This document shows, piece after piece, positions 39,371-47,964 of a stretch of 64,000 nt of DNA. The notes below the pieces were generated by a model that searched no databases, was not told where the DNA came from, and saw nothing but the letters and a program-made list of their open reading frames with translations. Location of the stretch: NCBI GenBank assembly GCA_964420065.1, contig CAYQQK010000003.1, positions 84,525 through 148,524 on the forward strand. Reading direction: 5' to 3'. Positions within the stretch are counted from its first letter, which is position 1. Every line of letters begins with the position of its first letter. The translations under genes were made by a program, and so were the position numbers. This DNA is from an uncultured Syntrophomonadaceae bacterium (GTDB lineage: Bacteria > Bacillota > Dethiobacteria > DTU022).

Positions 39371-41478
39371 AATTAATAATTCAGCCGGGGCGGTGGCTGC
39401 AATCGCTCCCGCTTCGCACCAACCGGCGTCTCCAGTCTGCCATTACCGTGGCCATTATTTTTGTGATCACCTATTTGATCCTGGCGGTGGTGACCATGCC
39501 GGCCCGGGTAAGGTTGGAAGTAGGCCGCCCAAGTTCCCGGACAATTTATGCGCCTCGTGATTTTATCGACGAATACGTGACCGAACAGTTGCGCCAGGCC
39601 GCCGAAGAGGCGGTGCCCGATGTTTACGATTACGATGAGGCCGTCCGGGACGGAGCGGTGGCGGATCTGGAGTTTTTCTTTCAAAAGACGCTTTCCCTGC
39701 AAGCCGACGCCTCCCTTGAGCCGGAAGATCGATTAACGCGCTTGCAGCAACTGTTCAGCGGGGCGATCCCGGCTTCACCCGATCTAAAAGTTTTTCTGGC
39801 CGTTGAACGGGAAACCTTGCGGGATCTGCAACTGCGTCTGGCCGGGTTGGTCGAAGAAATAATGGAACAGGGAATCAAGGAAGGAGGCGTTGAGACGGCG
39901 CGCCGTTACGCTTACCAGGAGATTGCCCTGTTCCCGTTCAGTGCGGAGGTGAAGCGGGTCTCCGAAAAAATGCTTGATCCGCTGATCACCCCGAACATGT
40001 TGCCCAACCCCGCGGCAACGGCATTGAACCGCGAATTGGCCCGGCAACAGGTGGAGCCGGTATTGATCCTACGGGGAACCCTGCTCATCAGCGAGGGGGA
40101 AACAGTAACCGCGAAGCACCTCGCCCAGCTGTCAGGCCTGGGGTTGGTCCGGGGCGGCCAGACCGATTACCCCGCTTTTTTCGGGTTGCTGATCCTGTTG
40201 CTGATTTTGTTTACGGTAATAGGGATATACCTGGCTGTATTTGTCAAAAACATTTTTGACAGTCTTTCGGCCCAGTTGCTTCTGGGACTGGTGCTGATCG
40301 TTACATTGATTTTTGCCATAGCGGCAACCTATTTTTCCGGTTATCTGATTCCGGTAGCCATGGGCGCGATCCTGATCACGGTCATGTTCGGTTACAAGCC
40401 GGCAGTAATGATGAATGTTGTTCTTTCCGTTCTGGTCGGGTTAATTACCGGCGGCGATTTTGTTTTTGTCGTGGTCGCGCTGGTCGGCGGCATGGTAGCA
40501 ATTTTCGGTGTTTCACGGATCAGCCAGCGCAGTGACCTGGCCAAGGCCGGGATTTACGTCTCTGCGGCCAATGTGGCCGTTATTGTTGCCTCTTTTCTCC
40601 TTTTGGGCAACCTGCACCTGGAATATTCGTTCATCAAAGAGTTTGGTTATGGTTTACTGGCCGGTATTGGTAACGGTATTTTTTCCGCTGTAATTGCGAT
40701 CGGGCTCCTTCCTTACCTGGAGAGCGGGTTCGGTCTGACGACGGCAATTACCTTGCTCGAGCTATCGAATCCGAACAAACCACTTTTACGCCAGCTCCAG
40801 ATGAAAGCTCCGGGCACCTACTACCACAGCATCATGGTGGGAAACCTGGCCGAGGCGGCGGCAGAAGTGGTGGGGGCGGATCCCCTGCTGGCCCGGGTCG
40901 GAGCTTACTATCACGATATCGGCAAGCTCAAGCGACCTTATTTTTTTACCGAGAACCAGCTTGCGGGGGACAATCCCCACGAAAAGATCTCGCCCAACCT
41001 GAGTGCCTTGATCATTGCCTCTCATGTCAAGGACGGTCTTGAACTGGGGCGGCGCCACCGCCTGCCGGCACTGATTTTGGATATTATCGCGCAGCATCAT
41101 GGAACCGGGTTGATCTCCTTCTTTTACCAGCAGGCCCTCGAAAGTGGGCGGCCGGAGGAAGTGCCGGTTGAAAAATTTCGCTATGAAGGGCCTTTGCCCC
41201 AGACCAAGGAAGCGGCGATTATTGCCCTGGCCGACGCTGTCGAGGCGGGGGTGCGTTCCCTTTCCAAGCCGGTCGGCAGCCGGGTCGAGGGCCTGATCCG
41301 GCGTATTATCAAGGAAAAGTTAAATGACGGGCAAATGGATGAATGCGATCTAACCTTGAAAGAGTTGGACAAGATCGGTGATTCGTTTGTTTACATTTTA
41401 TCCGGCATTTACCATAGTCGGGTAGAATATCCGGAAAAAGATTTGCGGGCCGAAATTGAAAGGAGTGCTGCTCGCTGA
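39367..41478 (+). CDS. pgpH: 7TM receptor with intracellular HD hydrolase (YqfF/PgpH-like c-di-AMP phosphodiesterase)
   Basis: N-terminal extracellular domain, 7 TM helices and a C-terminal HD domain (HSIMVGNLAE...YYHDIGK). ATGA overlap with phoH. Confidence 0.85.
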   Translation: MKLIIQPGRWLQSLPLRTNRRLQSAITVAIIFVITYLILAVVTMPARVRLEVGRPSSRTIYAPRDFIDEYVTEQLRQAAEEAVPDVYDYDEAVRDGAVADLEFFFQKTLSLQADASLEPEDRLTRLQQLFSGAIPASPDLKVFLAVERETLRDLQLRLAGLVEEIMEQGIKEGGVETARRYAYQEIALFPFSAEVKRVSEKMLDPLITPNMLPNPAATALNRELARQQVEPVLILRGTLLISEGETVTAKHLAQLSGLGLVRGGQTDYPAFFGLLILLLILFTVIGIYLAVFVKNIFDSLSAQLLLGLVLIVTLIFAIAATYFSGYLIPVAMGAILITVMFGYKPAVMMNVVLSVLVGLITGGDFVFVVVALVGGMVAIFGVSRISQRSDLAKAGIYVSAANVAVIVASFLLLGNLHLEYSFIKEFGYGLLAGIGNGIFSAVIAIGLLPYLESGFGLTTAITLLELSNPNKPLLRQLQMKAPGTYYHSIMVGNLAEAAAEVVGADPLLARVGAYYHDIGKLKRPYFFTENQLAGDNPHEKISPNLSALIIASHVKDGLELGRRHRLPALILDIIAQHHGTGLISFFYQQALESGRPEEVPVEKFRYEGPLPQTKEAAIIALADAVEAGVRSLSKPVGSRVEGLIRRIIKEKLNDGQMDECDLTLKELDKIGDSFVYILSGIYHSRVEYPEKDLRAEIERSAAR

Positions 41479-41546
41479 AGCTGTACCTGGCCAACTACAC
41501 CGGGCGGCCGCTGTCATGTTCCCTCGCCATCGCTTTATGGGGCGGA

Positions 41547-41957
41547 ATGCGGAAGGTTCTGGGCGAAACCGGGCTGCGTCGAGGTCAGGTGAGCCTGATC
41601 CTGGCCGGTGACGCACTGTTGCATCGGTTAAACCGGGACTATCGCCGGATGGACCGTCCAACCGATGTCCTTGCCTTTTCCTATACAGAGGATTGGCCGG
41701 GAAAAACACAAAACTTTTCTTCGGGAAAAGAGCCCCCGGCCCTGGGTGATGTTTTTATTTCCCTGGATCGGGCCCGGGAACAGGCCCGTGAAGCAGGTCA
41801 CCTCTTGCAGCAGGAAGTTCTGTTGCTGGCTTTCCACGGCCTGCTTCACCTGGCGGGTTGGGACCACCGTACCCCCGGGGCGGAGAGGGCCATGCGCCGG
41901 AAAGAAAAAACACTGCTGAAGCATTTCCGGGCGGTCGGGGATCATAGACATGCATAG
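41547..41957 (+). CDS. ybeY: Endoribonuclease YbeY
   Basis: TDVLAFSY... and HGLLHLAGWDH (H3xH5xH zinc motif). Confidence 0.8.
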   Translation: MRKVLGETGLRRGQVSLILAGDALLHRLNRDYRRMDRPTDVLAFSYTEDWPGKTQNFSSGKEPPALGDVFISLDRAREQAREAGHLLQQEVLLLAFHGLLHLAGWDHRTPGAERAMRRKEKTLLKHFRAVGDHRHA

Positions 41958-42321
41958 GATCGTCCGCAGTTTTCGCGATGCCGCAACGGGGTTGGTTTAC
42001 TGTTTTCGTACCCAGCCGAATATGGCTATCCATGTTTTCCTGGGCGGCGCAGCTCTGGCCCTGGGTGGTTTATTCCGGATCTCCACCGTGGAATGGTTAC
42101 TATTGCTCAGCGCCATCTTTGCTGTTCTGGTCGCGGAAGTCTTCAACACCGCCCTGGAGAAAACGGTGGATCTGGCCACCCGGGAACGAGACCGGCTGGC
42201 TCATATTGCCAAGGATGCTGCGGCGGGGGCGGTCCTCCTGGCCTCTGTTTTTGCGTTGGCGGTAGGGGCGATTGTCTTTCTTCCGCGTCTGTGGCAGTGC
42301 ATTGCCAGCCGGTGCTTCTAG
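41950..42321 (+). CDS. dgkA: Diacylglycerol/undecaprenol kinase DgkA
   Basis: 123 aa, three TM helices, VEWLLLLSAIFAVLVAEVFNTALE. 8-nt overlap with ybeY. Confidence 0.8.
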   Translation: MHRIVRSFRDAATGLVYCFRTQPNMAIHVFLGGAALALGGLFRISTVEWLLLLSAIFAVLVAEVFNTALEKTVDLATRERDRLAHIAKDAAAGAVLLASVFALAVGAIVFLPRLWQCIASRCF

Positions 42322-42372
42322 AATTATAATTGTATCGAGACGGAGATAGAAAAATTAAAGAGGGGTAAAAGA

Positions 42373-43428
42373 ATGTATAAACCGGAGAGCCGAATTCAGT
42401 TGGGCACCAGGCTTATATTTTTGATGATTGTCCTGGTTGCGGCCAACACCGCGTTTACGATCTGGTCGTACACCAGTATCAAGGGCTATTTCCCCAGCGG
42501 GGCTACCCGTCTGAATTACAAGCAGGAAACGGCCGTAGATATTGCCGAATACCACCGTCACCTCGCCTCGGAATTGGGTGTTCTGGATAATCCCGCAGTA
42601 CGGGAAGCCCTGGCCGGTTTCAACTATGATGTGGAGATGTGCACCAGTTCCGAGCAGTTGGTTCAGGTTATCTTGAACCAGGGGCTAAGTGTTCGGGAAA
42701 CCATCCTCAGGGAAGCGGACGCCTACAATATGGATCGGGTTCTGGCCGTGGTCAACCAGGACGAAAATGTACGCCGGACCGGGGATAAACTGCACCTTTC
42801 CATCCGTATTGCCCCGGACAACATTATTGTCCTGCCGGATGGTTACCTGCATCCCTCTACTGTCTATCGCATCCAGGAAATCTTTCCTGAAGATCGGCTT
42901 GTTTCGGAACAGGTTGTCAATATTGAAGTTGATGGGGGTAAAGGCAGCCTGATGGTGCCTTACAATCCGATCGAGCATATCCAGACCCTGACCAAGGAGT
43001 TGGATCAATTACGGGTCGGCCTGCGTGAAATCCGTTCCGCTGCGGGCCTGGCGGAAATGTCCGGCCCCGGAATTACCGTCAACCTGTATGATGAAAAAGG
43101 AGGAGTCAATTACACCTCCATTATCCACGATGCCGATATCCGGGATGTGGTGAATGAACTTTTCGGTTCGGGAGCACTGGGGGTTAGTGTCGGCGGACAA
43201 CGCCTTACCGCCACATCCTCCATCCGATGCAGCGGCTCCCTGGTCAAGGTTAACGATAAATTAATTACGGTCAATCCTGTTGAGATCAAGGTGATCGGCG
43301 ATCCGGATCTGCTCATGAGTGGTCTGGATATTATTCGTACGACCATGGAATTGCAGCGTGGTTTGCAATTCGAAATCATCGCCGAAGAATCCCTGACCCT
43401 ACCGGCGTACTCGCGCAGTGTCCAGTAG
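42373..43428 (+). CDS. DUF881-domain protein (YlxW-like)
   Basis: N-terminal TM, coiled coil, and a C-terminal DUF881-like block (GPGITVNLYD...IHDADIRDVVNEL...ITVN). A paralog is at 63001..63711. Confidence 0.65.
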   Translation: MYKPESRIQLGTRLIFLMIVLVAANTAFTIWSYTSIKGYFPSGATRLNYKQETAVDIAEYHRHLASELGVLDNPAVREALAGFNYDVEMCTSSEQLVQVILNQGLSVRETILREADAYNMDRVLAVVNQDENVRRTGDKLHLSIRIAPDNIIVLPDGYLHPSTVYRIQEIFPEDRLVSEQVVNIEVDGGKGSLMVPYNPIEHIQTLTKELDQLRVGLREIRSAAGLAEMSGPGITVNLYDEKGGVNYTSIIHDADIRDVVNELFGSGALGVSVGGQRLTATSSIRCSGSLVKVNDKLITVNPVEIKVIGDPDLLMSGLDIIRTTMELQRGLQFEIIAEESLTLPAYSRSVQ

Positions 43429-43484
43429 GAACGGATTTCCGGGCGTCTGGTGTTTTCCTAACGGCACTTTAGGGAGGTGCACCG

Positions 43485-44333
43485 GTGAAAGATGACAGCC
43501 TTTTGGCCCTGGCCCGTGCAGCCCGTTCGCGCGCCCACGCCCCTTATTCCTCTTTCCCTGTGGGCGCGGCTCTTTTGACTGTACGGGGGACTGTGTTTAC
43601 CGGCGCAAATATGGAAAATGCCTCCTATAACCTGGGAGTGTGTGCCGAACGAGTTGCGCTCTGGTCTGCCGTTAATGCCGGCGCTTGCAGGTTTACCCGG
43701 TTGGCGGTGGTGGCCGATTGCTCGCCTCCGCCACTACCATGCGGCGCCTGCCGTCAGGTTCTGGCCGAACTGGCTCCGGGGATCGTTGTGCTCATGGGCA
43801 ACCTGCGGGGAGAGAGGAGGAGCCGGCCACTGGCCGCACTTTTCCCGGAACCGTTTGTTTTCGCCGGGCCGGCCGGCCCGGAACCGATGCCAGATGAAAC
43901 CGCTCATCGCGAACTATGGCGTTTGCCTCCGCCAATACGCCCGATCGGTTATGTAAAAAGTGATTTTGTTGAGCCGGAAGAGGTGTGCGGGCGTTACCGG
44001 GAATGTCTTTCCCGGGTGGTAGTCGACCCGGAATTGGAAGAGGGGCTCTACCGGCTGGAGGAAGAAAAACAAATCGTGATCATCGCCTTTTTGCACCGGG
44101 TCCGCGGCTATACCCTGAGGGGTCCCCGCCGAGGACGCGACGGTGGCATATACGGGATCTTTGCTTGCCGCAGCCCCCGGCGCCCGAATTCGATCGCCCA
44201 ATCAACGGTGGATCTGGTCGCCCGGGAAAAAAATGTGCTGGTGGTGCGCGGTCTCGATTTGATCAACGGCACCCCCGTTTTGGACATCAAGACGATCATT
44301 ACAACTGCGGGGCAAACTAGGGATGGGGCGTAA
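43485..44333 (+). CDS. cdd: Fusion protein: N-terminal cytidine deaminase (Cdd) + C-terminal TrmO/YaeB (TsaA-like) tRNA methyltransferase domain
   Basis: N-terminus FPVGAALL...CAERVALW...PCGACRQV (zinc ligands). C-terminus IGYVKS, IVIIAFLH, GIFACRSPRRPN, GLDLINGTPVLDIK align with E. coli TrmO blocks IGVIRS, LWILFVFH, GVFATRSTFRPN, SLDLVDGTPVVDIK. A single uninterrupted ORF. Confidence 0.75.
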   Translation: MKDDSLLALARAARSRAHAPYSSFPVGAALLTVRGTVFTGANMENASYNLGVCAERVALWSAVNAGACRFTRLAVVADCSPPPLPCGACRQVLAELAPGIVVLMGNLRGERRSRPLAALFPEPFVFAGPAGPEPMPDETAHRELWRLPPPIRPIGYVKSDFVEPEEVCGRYRECLSRVVVDPELEEGLYRLEEEKQIVIIAFLHRVRGYTLRGPRRGRDGGIYGIFACRSPRRPNSIAQSTVDLVAREKNVLVVRGLDLINGTPVLDIKTIITTAGQTRDGA

Positions 44334-44413
44334 CCCGTTCCGGTAAACACTACTGGAATTGCCGGTGAAGGGTTCTCCCCCAAAAAAACCACCCGCCGGA
44401 AAGGAGCCCACCG

Positions 44414-45331
44414 TTGTTCGATCCATTGCCTGACCGGCACCGTTCCGGTTTCGTCGCCCTGGCGGGCCGGCCCAACGTCGGTAAATCCACCCTGATCAAC
44501 ACACTGGTCGGGGAAAAGGTAGCCATTGTTTCGACGAAACCTCAGACGACCAGGCATAGCCTTCGCGGCATCCTGACCCTGCCGGAAGCCCAGGTCATCC
44601 TGATCGATACTCCGGGTGTGCACAAACCACGGCACAGGCTAGGTGCCGTCATGGCCCGGACCGCTACCGCTACCTTCCGTATGGCGGACCTGATCTGTTT
44701 CCTGGTTGAAGGTCACCGGGAACCGGGGCCCGGTGACCGTTATGTTGCTTCAATGCTGCAGGGGTTTCCCATCCCGGTGATCCTGGTTTTAAACAAGATG
44801 GATTTAATAGTGCCGGACCGGGTGAAGGAACGCGAAACAGCCTACCGGGCCCTGCTTCGTCCGGCAACGGCCGTTTCTGTTTCGGCCCTGCACGGCCGGG
44901 GGCTGGCGGCACTTCTGCAAACGATCCTGGAAAGGCTTCCTGAAGGGCCGCGCTATTACCCTCTTGACATGGTTACCGACCAGCCGGAACGGATCATAGC
45001 TGCCGAGATTATCCGGGAAAAAATCATTACCCTGACCCGGGAGGAAATACCTTTTGCCATTGCCGTGACCGTTGTCGAGATGGCCGAACGGGAAGGGGCC
45101 GACCTGGTCGATCTACGGGCCGAGATATACGTCGAGCGTAAATCACAGGCCGGTATTGTGATCGGCCGGGGCGGGGCGCTTCTGAAAGAGGCGGGTTCCG
45201 TAGCCCGGCGGGAGCTGGAAGGGCTTCTGGGACGGCGGGTCTACCTTGACCTGTGGGTTAAAGTAAAAAAGGACTGGCGTAACCGGGACCGGAATTTGCG
45301 AGAACTGGGCTACCATAACGGCCGTGACTAG
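44414..45331 (+). CDS. era: GTPase Era
   Basis: G1 GRPNVGKST, G3 DTPG, G4 NKMD, C-terminal KH domain. TTG start after GGAAAGGAG. Confidence 0.9.
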   Translation: MFDPLPDRHRSGFVALAGRPNVGKSTLINTLVGEKVAIVSTKPQTTRHSLRGILTLPEAQVILIDTPGVHKPRHRLGAVMARTATATFRMADLICFLVEGHREPGPGDRYVASMLQGFPIPVILVLNKMDLIVPDRVKERETAYRALLRPATAVSVSALHGRGLAALLQTILERLPEGPRYYPLDMVTDQPERIIAAEIIREKIITLTREEIPFAIAVTVVEMAEREGADLVDLRAEIYVERKSQAGIVIGRGGALLKEAGSVARRELEGLLGRRVYLDLWVKVKKDWRNRDRNLRELGYHNGRD

Positions 45332-45390
45332 GGTATGAACACGCTTCAGTTTTTTCCGGTCAGTTCGTTACGGCGGAGGGAAGAAAAACG

Positions 45391-46134
45391 GTGCCGGGTC
45401 GCAGGTATCTTAAAACCAACGGGCTCATTTTACGTTCCCGCGTTCTCGGTGAGGCCGACCGCCTGATCACTTTTTTAACCTGGGAGCGAGGCAAAATGAC
45501 CGCTGTGGCCCGGGGAGCCCGTAAAACCAAGAGCAAGCTTGCCCCCGCGGTGGATCTATTTACCTACGGGATCTACCGTTTCTATCTGGGACGCGGTCTG
45601 GCTACGGTGACCGGAGCTGATGTGATCCGACGTTTTCACTCCCTGGCCCTGCATCCCCTGCTCTACTGGAATGGCCAGCGCCTGTCCGGACTTGCCGATC
45701 GCCTTCTGGCCGAGGAGACGCCGTGCCCTGCGATTTGCCGTCTTCTTCTGACTGCCTGGCGGCTGCTTGAAGGGGAGCCGCCCTCAACCGAATTGCTCGT
45801 CCGGGCGGTTGAACTGAAATTATTGCACCTGTCCGGATACACCCCGCACCTGCACGGTTGTCTTGAGTGTGGTTCCCCGAAAACGGCTTTTTTTGCGGCG
45901 GCGCGGGGTGGGGTGCTCTGTTCTGTCTGTGCCGGCGCCGCCACAGGCTGCATTCCGTTGGAACGGGGCACCGCCGCTCTGGCGAAACGGTTGTTGGAAG
46001 CCCCCCTTGCACTGACTGGGAAGGTCCGTGCCGGGGACCGGCAAATACAAGAGCTGACTGCAGCAGTGCAGTCCTTCTGGTGTTTTCATCTGGAAACCGG
46101 TTTCGAGCCCTGCTTGCCCCTGTCCCGGATTTGA
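45391..46134 (+). CDS. recO: DNA repair protein RecO
   Basis: OB-fold N-terminus (GLILRSRVLGEADRLITFLT) and a Cys4 zinc motif (CLECGS...CSVC). Confidence 0.85.
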   Translation: MPGRRYLKTNGLILRSRVLGEADRLITFLTWERGKMTAVARGARKTKSKLAPAVDLFTYGIYRFYLGRGLATVTGADVIRRFHSLALHPLLYWNGQRLSGLADRLLAEETPCPAICRLLLTAWRLLEGEPPSTELLVRAVELKLLHLSGYTPHLHGCLECGSPKTAFFAAARGGVLCSVCAGAATGCIPLERGTAALAKRLLEAPLALTGKVRAGDRQIQELTAAVQSFWCFHLETGFEPCLPLSRI

Positions 46135-46235
46135 TCGGGATGGGTTGAATCTGTTGTCTGTGGAAACGTGGTCCCTCGACCGGGATAAAAAACCGGCTAT
46201 TTGAGAGAAAATAAGGAGTAAAGGGGGTCGCACGA

Positions 46236-46661
46236 TTGCAGATCAACATTGATGACATTGACCGGCTCCGCCGTCGGACCGGGGTGAGCTATCGCCGGGC
46301 AAAAGAAATTTTGGAACAGGCCGGAGGGAACCTGGTTGAAGCCTTGATTTACCTGGAGGAGAATCCGGAGGGCCCATTCGGTTGTCTTTCCGAGCGGAGG
46401 CGCGATCTGGCCGGTCGGACGCGCCAGGTTTTTGGCCGTCTGCATCGCACCAGGGTCAAGGTCCGGGTAAAAGACAAAATTTTGTTTGAACTGCCGGTGA
46501 CCGTGGGTGCAGCCGGATCCCTCCTTTTCCCCCGGGTGGCCGCACTGGGTCTGGTAGGAATAATGCTCTCCGGTGGGTCCCTTGAATTCAAGGATGCGCC
46601 TCCCGCCGCTGGAAGCGATGAAATCAAGAAAATAGAGGGAAACAGTACGCCTGCAAGCTAG
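46236..46661 (+). CDS. Hypothetical protein with an N-terminal UBA/EF-Ts-N-like domain (possibly DUF4342 family)
   Basis: IDRLRRRTGVSYRRAKEILEQAGGNLVEALIYL resembles a UBA-like helix bundle. Family call from memory. Confidence 0.4.
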   Translation: MQINIDDIDRLRRRTGVSYRRAKEILEQAGGNLVEALIYLEENPEGPFGCLSERRRDLAGRTRQVFGRLHRTRVKVRVKDKILFELPVTVGAAGSLLFPRVAALGLVGIMLSGGSLEFKDAPPAAGSDEIKKIEGNSTPAS

Positions 46662-46742
46662 CGGACGGCGAACGGCCCGGCGCCGGTTATGATCGGAACG
46701 TTCAAATAACCGGCGGGCGGGATCTGTTCAAGGGTTTTTGGC

Positions 46743-47003
46743 TTGACATGGCAGGCAAACCTGGATAAAATCAGAATCATAAAAAGCCATATAGGGCGCG
46801 GTGAAGGAAAGAAGTAACCGGGGATCACATCATCAAAAGCGAACCGGGGAGGGTGTAAGCCGGGCTGGTGTGCCGGTGAATGGCGTTTCGGAGCGCTGAG
46901 TCGGTTCAAGCGGGCCCGCCGCCGGCGGGCCAAGTAGGGTGGAACCGCGGGAAAACCTCCCGTCCCTATGAAGTGATCATGGGGTCGGGAGGTTTCTTGT
47001 TTT
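46743..47003 (+). promoter_or_regulatory. glyQS leader: sigmaA promoter plus T-box riboswitch with intrinsic terminator
   Basis: -35 TTGACA, 17 nt, -10 TAAAAT (46743-46771). T-box core AGGGTGGAACCGCGG at 46936-46950. Terminator AAACCTCCCG...CGGGAGGTTT (46953-46995) followed by CTTGTTTT. Specifier codon not assigned (GGC expected). Confidence 0.7.
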
Positions 47004-47070
47004 ACGTCTTTCTTTTCCTGGCCTTTGACACGATCTAATTGATCAAAGGGGCATTGCCCGCAAGGGAGAG

Positions 47071-47964
47071 ATGGTGGTGGAACTACAACAGGTCATTTTA
47101 AAATTGCAGGATTATTGGGTTTCTCAAGGATGTCTGATCTGGCAGCCTTACGACATCGAAAAGGGGGCCGGCACGATGAATCCGGCCACCTTTTTACGTT
47201 CCCTCGGGCCGGAGCCGTGGGCGGCGGCCTACGTGGAACCTTCCCGTCGGCCGGCCGATGGGCGTTACGGTGAAAACCCAAACCGCCTCTATCAACACCT
47301 ACAGTACCAGGTGCTGATAAAGCCCGCCCCGGCGGAGATCCAGGATCTTTATCTGGACAGCCTTGCCTCTCTCGGGCTGAATTTGCGGGAACACGATATT
47401 CGTTTTGTTGAAGACAACTGGGAGGCGCCTACCCTGGGGGCATGGGGCCTCGGTTGGGAAGTCTGGCTAAACGGGATGGAAATTACCCAGTTTACCTATT
47501 TCCAGCAGGTTGGCGGTTACGAGGTGGAGCAGGTGCCGGTGGAATTGACCTACGGCCTCGAACGGATCGCCATGTTTTTACAGGACCGGACGAACGTGTT
47601 TGAACTTACCTGGGCCGGGGATATCAGTTACGGTGAAATTTTTAAACGGGCCGAGTGGGAACATTCCAGCTATGGTTTTGATCATTCCAACCGGGAGCTG
47701 CTTTTCAAACTTTTTGAAGGTTACGAACAGGAGGCGGAACGGCTTTTCGACCTGGGTCTGGTAATGCCTGCCTACGATTACATTCTTAAGTGTTCACATA
47801 CTTTTAACCTGCTCGAGGCGCGGGGTGCGATCAGTGTAACCGAACGCACCGGTTTTATTGCCCGGGTGCGCCGTCTGGCGCGCCGGTGCGCCGGAAAATA
47901 CCTTGAACAGCGGGCCGATGCAGGCTACCCGTTGTTGAAAGGAGAAAGTGCTAACGATGGCTGA
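47071..47964 (+). CDS. glyQ: Glycine--tRNA ligase alpha subunit
   Basis: [17 protein letters not shown]..., class II motifs. AAGGGAGAG RBS. Confidence 0.95.
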   Translation: MVVELQQVILKLQDYWVSQGCLIWQPYDIEKGAGTMNPATFLRSLGPEPWAAAYVEPSRRPADGRYGENPNRLYQHLQYQVLIKPAPAEIQDLYLDSLASLGLNLREHDIRFVEDNWEAPTLGAWGLGWEVWLNGMEITQFTYFQQVGGYEVEQVPVELTYGLERIAMFLQDRTNVFELTWAGDISYGEIFKRAEWEHSSYGFDHSNRELLFKLFEGYEQEAERLFDLGLVMPAYDYILKCSHTFNLLEARGAISVTERTGFIARVRRLARRCAGKYLEQRADAGYPLLKGESANDG

